Assembly: GCA_052426225.1 (NCBI GenBank)
Contig: JBNJNM010000021.1
Coordinates: 2,542,001-2,606,000, forward strand
DNA: 64,000 bases
Direction: 5' to 3'
Source of the DNA: Zancudomyces culisetae HAW-14-8
Lineage: Eukaryota; Fungi; Kickxellomycota
Position numbers and translations under genes: made by a program. The notes under the pieces are model-generated. The model was not told the DNA's origin. It worked only from the letters and a program-made list of their open reading frames with translations, and searched no databases. Position 1 is the stretch's first letter, and each line of letters starts with the position of its first letter. Of this stretch, positions 59,224 to 64,000 are shown one piece after another.

Positions 59224-62200
59224 TTGTCTCAGAAAACTGTAAAATATTTTTTTTCGTTCATCACAAAAATCGAAAAAAAAAATTTACACGTTAAAAAAAT
59301 CAAACAGAAAAATAAATCTTACCGCTTCGAAATCCAAAAAATCGACGGCTCCATGATTCGCATTACCGACCTAAATAAATTGAAGTTGGAAAAAAAATTA
59401 AAGTGTATACTAAAAGTTGAAGAAAATAAAAATGAAAGAGAGAAAAATTTAAAAAACAAAAAAACAAAAAATTTATACCAAAAAAAAATTGAAAAAAAAA
59501 ATGAAAAAATTAACCTAAAAATAATGACATACAACGTATGCTCAATAAAAAATAAAAAATATGAATTAGATTATTTTTTAACCAAAGTAAATCCAACCAT
59601 ACTATGCTTGCAGGAGACCCACCTGCAGGAGAAGTCTGGGAGGATGAACATAAATGGCTACACATGTGTAGAGTCAAAAAGGCCGACACTAAAGACGGGT
59701 TCTGGTCTTCTAGTGGGGGTAAAAAAAAATATTGGCTGGCACATAGAGGAGTATAAAAATAATAATACCTGGATGGCCGCAAAAATACATGGATATACAG
59801 AAAAGGAGCATAAAAGACTGGAAGTGATGGTTGTGAATGTACACACACCACACAAGCCCAGAGAAAGGACACAGATGAAGAAGGAAGTAGAAGACTTTAT
59901 AAACAAAGAATACGGTAGAAACAGAGAAATAAAAATAATACTATGCGGAGACTTCAACATGAGGACGAGCATCGTCACACCATGGTTGAAAAAACTCAGG
60001 TGTATAGTCAGGAGAGCCCCGACAAGGAAACGAAGCGGAACTAGGATAACAAAAAAGCGACTGAAGAACACCATCGATCACATCTTTTATACCCCCACAG
60101 TAGGACAATTCGTGACAACAAAACTACACAAAAAAATTGACCTCAGTGATCATCTGGCTATTACAGCCAACTTTACCATTGAGGAAATTAAACCAGAGCA
60201 GCAAAAAAAAATTGTCAACCGGAAACTATTGGACCAAAAATCAGAACTGTTCAGAACTCACAATAAATTTTCAATTTTGACATCTCTTAACGAAACTGAC
60301 GAACTAATCAGTGAAACCGTTAATGAGACTAAAAAATTGATGGATAAGATTACAAGAAAAAATAATCCAAACCCAAAAAATAATGAGAAATTGGCCGAAA
60401 AAAATTCCGAAGCCAAAAAAAATCAACATTTTTTAAGTAAAAAAACGCGAAAGATGATCAAACTTCGTTGCAAATTGTTCAAAAAAATGCTCAGAACTTG
60501 TGATGAACACGAGAAAGAGCTGTTTTATAATGATTACGTCCAGATGAAATCTAAAACTTCAAAGCTAATAAAAAGTGACCAAAAATTACATAATAAAAAG
60601 GAGTTAGTGAAACTATGTGAACACATCAAAGGCAATGATGCCAAGACGATGTGGAGATGGTTAAAAATGAGAGCTCTAAATAAAAAATCTGTGTTTAATA
60701 ACGGAGGAGTCCTGGATGAATCAGGAAGGGAGATAACAGAGGAGGCAGAAAAACTCAAAGTATGGATAAAACATTTCTACAAGCTATCGAAGAATGAAAA
60801 CTCAGCATTAAACACAATCCCAGAAGAAAGAGAGGAGGAAGTGGACTACTTCAGAGAATGCGACGAAGAACCAACATGGACAGAAGTTAAAGAAGCGCTA
60901 AAAGAAACTCCGAGAAACAAAGCAGCGGGTGAAGATGGCATTCCGAGCGAAATCTGGAAATTTATACAGAGCGATGAAGATCCAGAATCGGAACTTGCAG
61001 TACTTTTATTAACCATAATTAAAAAATTCTGGAATAATCCAAAGTTAAACAGTGAAAACAATACCAGCGTAATCGTTCCTATTTTCAAAAAAGGAAACAC
61101 TAAAGACCCAAACAATTATAGGGGGATTTCGCTAATCCCAACCATAACCAAACTTATAGCCAAAATAGTCGCTAATAAATTAAGATTAATAGATAATAGA
61201 CATATATTATTAGCAAAAGAGCAAGCGGGATTCAGGACACTGGAGGAATGCGTAGCTCAAGCCACAGCGCTATACGAAATTATAAAAAGGCGAAAAATCA
61301 ATAATACAAAAACCATAATTTGTTTTATTGATTTTGAAAAAGCCTACGACAAAGTGCAACACAATTTATTATTCAAAAAATTAAAAATGAACAAAATTAA
61401 TGGTAAATTACTGGCAGTAATTAAAGAACTCTATAATAACGCAAAAATAAAAGTAAGGGTAGGAAATGGATTATCGGAGGCGATGAACTTCGAAAGAGGT
61501 GTTCGCCAAGGATGCCCAGCCTCACCAATGCTTTTTGATATTTTTATCAACGATATATTTGAAGGAATGGAGGGAATAGAAGTACCAGGAATTCAAGAAA
61601 AAATTCCGGGACTACTATTTGCAGACGATACAGTTTTATTGTCAGACACCCCAGAACAGATGCAAGAAGCTCTTAACATGATGCAGCAATGGTGTCAGAA
61701 GTGGGACATGAAGGTGAATGCTAGCAAGAGTGCGATTATGACAGTTGAAGCAGTGAATAGAACAAGCGACGAAAATAACAATAATATTGAAATTACGATT
61801 CCAGAATACTTTTTGGGAAGTGCAAAAGTACCAGAAGTAGATGAATATAAATACTTGGGTGTTATATTCAATAAATATTGGAATAACAAGCTACACATAC
61901 AGGAGAGGAAAGAAAAAGTACAAAGAGCAACCATGAGCAACTACTATCTACTCAAAGACAGAAATACACCGCTGTTGATGAAAAAGATGGTAATTAGGTC
62001 GATAGTCATTGCGGTCGCTGGGTATGGAGGTGAAATGTTCGGCATGTCTGAAGCAAGGGTAAAACCGATACAGCAAGCCGTGGACAACGCGATAAGAATA
62101 GCCATGGGAGTGGGCAGATCGACATGTATGAGGAGATTGCGAGAAGAATTAAATATAACAGATATTTACAGTAGAACGACCAGAGCTAGAGACAGAGCAT

Positions 62201-62970
62201 TCCACAAATGGAGTGGCATGAAAACATGGATAGCAGATTTAATACAGAACCCCTTCAAACACTCGAAGGACACTTGGGTCACAGGGTACACAAGGTGGTC
62301 TAACAGATTCAACAGGATCAAGATTGATAATGTACCAACCGGAGAGATAAGAAAAACCAAAGAGACACTCGAGATAAACAACAGACTGAAAGACAAGTCG
62401 AATATTACAAAGTGGATAAAGGAAGTTGGAGCAGGCCGACAAAGGAACTGGGTCGACTTACAAGCGGCCTTTCCACAGTACATGAAACACATTCTTTTCG
62501 TAGGTCGAATTCGAATAGGCCAATTTTGGACCGCCACGAGATTAGCAAATTCGGGTTTTATAGATCCAGATTACAAAGCCAAATGTCCGTTCTGTAAGAA
62601 AGAAGAAAAAGAAACAGTTGAACATTACCTATTAGATTGCAGCAGATGGGACGAAATTAGGAATGATTTACTTACCGAATTTATAGATTTTTATAGTTCT
62701 TTTTTATCTAGCACGATTTCCGAGTGTGTTGAGCTTCGCAGGAAAATCGTGGGTAAACTCCTGGGGGAGGAGTTAAAGCTCAAACTACCTGGGATTCTTC
62801 GGGATCCAAACGCCACTTGCGTTAGAGCAGTGGTTTCCACAGCCCGGTTTCTTAACGAGACCTTTTTACCTCGCTACCTAGTGTTGAAAGACATTAGTGT
62901 AGTCCCACTCCCCTTGAACCAATGCCCATCGGGTACGGAGACTCTAGAGAGTCGAAGGGGGATAGGATGA
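59224..62970 (+). CDS. LINE ORF2: APE endonuclease, reverse transcriptase and C-terminal CCHC; true start uncertain
   Basis: IMTYNV, LCLQET, ILCGDFN, IDHIF, SDHLAI (APE); NYRGISL, QAGFR, FIDFEKAYD, GVRQGCPASPMLF, LFADD, YKYLG (RT); CPFC-ETVEHYLLDC. Confidence 0.95.
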   Translation: MSQKTVKYFFSFITKIEKKNLHVKKIKQKNKSYRFEIQKIDGSMIRITDLNKLKLEKKLKCILKVEENKNEREKNLKNKKTKNLYQKKIEKKNEKINLKIMTYNVCSIKNKKYELDYFLTKVNPTILCLQETHLQEKSGRMNINGYTCVESKRPTLKTGSGLLVGVKKNIGWHIEEYKNNNTWMAAKIHGYTEKEHKRLEVMVVNVHTPHKPRERTQMKKEVEDFINKEYGRNREIKIILCGDFNMRTSIVTPWLKKLRCIVRRAPTRKRSGTRITKKRLKNTIDHIFYTPTVGQFVTTKLHKKIDLSDHLAITANFTIEEIKPEQQKKIVNRKLLDQKSELFRTHNKFSILTSLNETDELISETVNETKKLMDKITRKNNPNPKNNEKLAEKNSEAKKNQHFLSKKTRKMIKLRCKLFKKMLRTCDEHEKELFYNDYVQMKSKTSKLIKSDQKLHNKKELVKLCEHIKGNDAKTMWRWLKMRALNKKSVFNNGGVLDESGREITEEAEKLKVWIKHFYKLSKNENSALNTIPEEREEEVDYFRECDEEPTWTEVKEALKETPRNKAAGEDGIPSEIWKFIQSDEDPESELAVLLLTIIKKFWNNPKLNSENNTSVIVPIFKKGNTKDPNNYRGISLIPTITKLIAKIVANKLRLIDNRHILLAKEQAGFRTLEECVAQATALYEIIKRRKINNTKTIICFIDFEKAYDKVQHNLLFKKLKMNKINGKLLAVIKELYNNAKIKVRVGNGLSEAMNFERGVRQGCPASPMLFDIFINDIFEGMEGIEVPGIQEKIPGLLFADDTVLLSDTPEQMQEALNMMQQWCQKWDMKVNASKSAIMTVEAVNRTSDENNNNIEITIPEYFLGSAKVPEVDEYKYLGVIFNKYWNNKLHIQERKEKVQRATMSNYYLLKDRNTPLLMKKMVIRSIVIAVAGYGGEMFGMSEARVKPIQQAVDNAIRIAMGVGRSTCMRRLREELNITDIYSRTTRARDRAFHKWSGMKTWIADLIQNPFKHSKDTWVTGYTRWSNRFNRIKIDNVPTGEIRKTKETLEINNRLKDKSNITKWIKEVGAGRQRNWVDLQAAFPQYMKHILFVGRIRIGQFWTATRLANSGFIDPDYKAKCPFCKKEEKETVEHYLLDCSRWDEIRNDLLTEFIDFYSSFLSSTISECVELRRKIVGKLLGEELKLKLPGILRDPNATCVRAVVSTARFLNETFLPRYLVLKDISVVPLPLNQCPSGTETLESRRGIG

Positions 62971-63061
62971 GTTTAGATTATAGATTGTTTTTAATTGTTT
63001 ATAGGAACTGTTTATTTTCTAAATAAATTTTTTTTTCTACCGAAAAAAAAAAAAAAAAAAA

Positions 63062-63741
63062 AAACAACAGGCTGAAAGACAAGTCGAATATTACAAAGTG
63101 GATAAAGGAAGTTGGAGCAGGCCGACAAAGGAATTGGGTCGACTTACAAGCGGCCTTTCCACAGTACATGAAACACATTCTTTTCGTAGGTCGAATTCGA
63201 ATAGGTCAATTCTGGACCGCCACGAGATTAGCAAATTCGGGGTTTATAGATCCAGATTACAAAGCCAAATGTCCGTTCTGTAAGAAAGAAGAAAAAGAAA
63301 CAGTTGAGCATTACTTATTAGATTGCAGTAGATGGGACGAAATTAGGAAGGATTTACTTACTGAATTTATAGATTTTTATAGTTCTTTTTTATCTAGCAC
63401 GATTTCCGAGTGTGTTGAGCTTCGCAGGAAAATCGTGGGTAAACTCCTGGGGGAGGAGTTAAAGCTCAAACTACCTGGGATTCTTCGGGATCCAAACGCC
63501 ACTTGCGTTAGAGCAGTGGTTTCCACAGCCCGGTTTCTTAACGAGACCTTTTTACCTCGCTACCTAGTGTTGAAAGACATTAGTGTAGTCCCACTCCCCT
63601 TGAACCAATGCCCATCGGGTACGGAGACTCTAGAGAGTCGAAGGGGAATAGGATGAGTTTAGAATATAGATTGTTTTTATTTTTTAGGAACTGTTTATTT
63701 TCTAAATAAATTTTTTTTTCTACCGAAAAAAAAAAAAAAAA
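63062..63741 (+). mobile_element. Right part of interrupted copy D, with its own poly(A)
   Basis: Resumes exactly at AAACAACAGGCTGAAAGACAAG where the left part stopped; poly(A) at 63726-63741. Confidence 0.9.
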
Positions 63742-64000
63742 TCAAGATTGATAATGTACCAACCGGAGAGGTAAGAAAAACTAAGGAGACACTCGAGATA
63801 AACAACAGGCTGAAAGACAAGTCGAATGTTACAAAGTGGATAAAGGAAGTTGGAGCAGGCCGACAAAGGAATTGGGTCGACTTACAAGCGGCCTTTCCAC
63901 AGTACATGAAACACATTCTTTTCGTAGGCCGAATTCGAATAGGTCAATTTTGGACCGCCACGAGATTAGCAAATTCGGGGTTTATAGATCCAGATTACAA
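63741..64000 (+). mobile_element. 5'-truncated LINE copy F abutting the poly(A) of D; runs off the window
   Basis: Starts ATCAAGATTGATAATGTACC; shares diagnostic variants with copy B (aaaactaaggag, aatgttac, gtaggccg). Confidence 0.88.

Larger units (their letters stand above)
56979..63064 (+). mobile_element. Full-length intact LINE copy C nested in copy D
   Basis: Duplicated 5' end, ORF1, uninterrupted ORF2 and poly(A) at 63043-63064; flanked by AAACAACAGGCTGAA. Confidence 0.96.

Noticed and set aside
1-64000. Many 60-170-aa antisense or overlapping ORFs; CRISPR, tRNA and rRNA genes
   Set aside because: The short ORFs are shadows of real CDSs or low-complexity DNA; no repeat-spacer array, cloverleaf or rRNA sequence was recognised

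Overview
Gene-dense, AT-rich eukaryotic DNA with short GT-AG introns. It looks fungal, probably an early-diverging lineage (inference from protein content and intron style). About 17 host genes are supported: a 5'-incomplete coiled-coil protein, PIG-A/GPI3, QCR10, BUD20, a large PPR-like protein, eIF3j, PKR1, an MCAD-type acyl-CoA dehydrogenase, a membrane protein, a PCS60-like CoA ligase, cyclophilin, two tandem trypsin-like proteases with mucin-like tails, DLD2/D2HGDH, RPL12, CCT6 and RPS3. There is also one decayed ORF. The last third is dominated by one family of L1-like non-LTR retrotransposons (ORF1 with a zinc knuckle; ORF2 APE endonuclease-RT-CCHC) forming two head-to-tail arrays. Each array starts within 300 bp of a ribosomal-protein stop codon and is co-oriented with that gene (RPL12 on -, RPS3 on +). 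In the second array an older copy is split by two younger copies inserted at exactly the same internal site, leaving the 15-bp target AAACAACAGGCTGAA three times. Other copies abut earlier poly(A) tails. ORF2 has a long open N-terminal extension with no conserved AUG, preceded by a (CAA)n spacer. A well-formed candidate box C/D snoRNA lies in the RPS3 intron. All calls come from reading the sequence; no searches were run.
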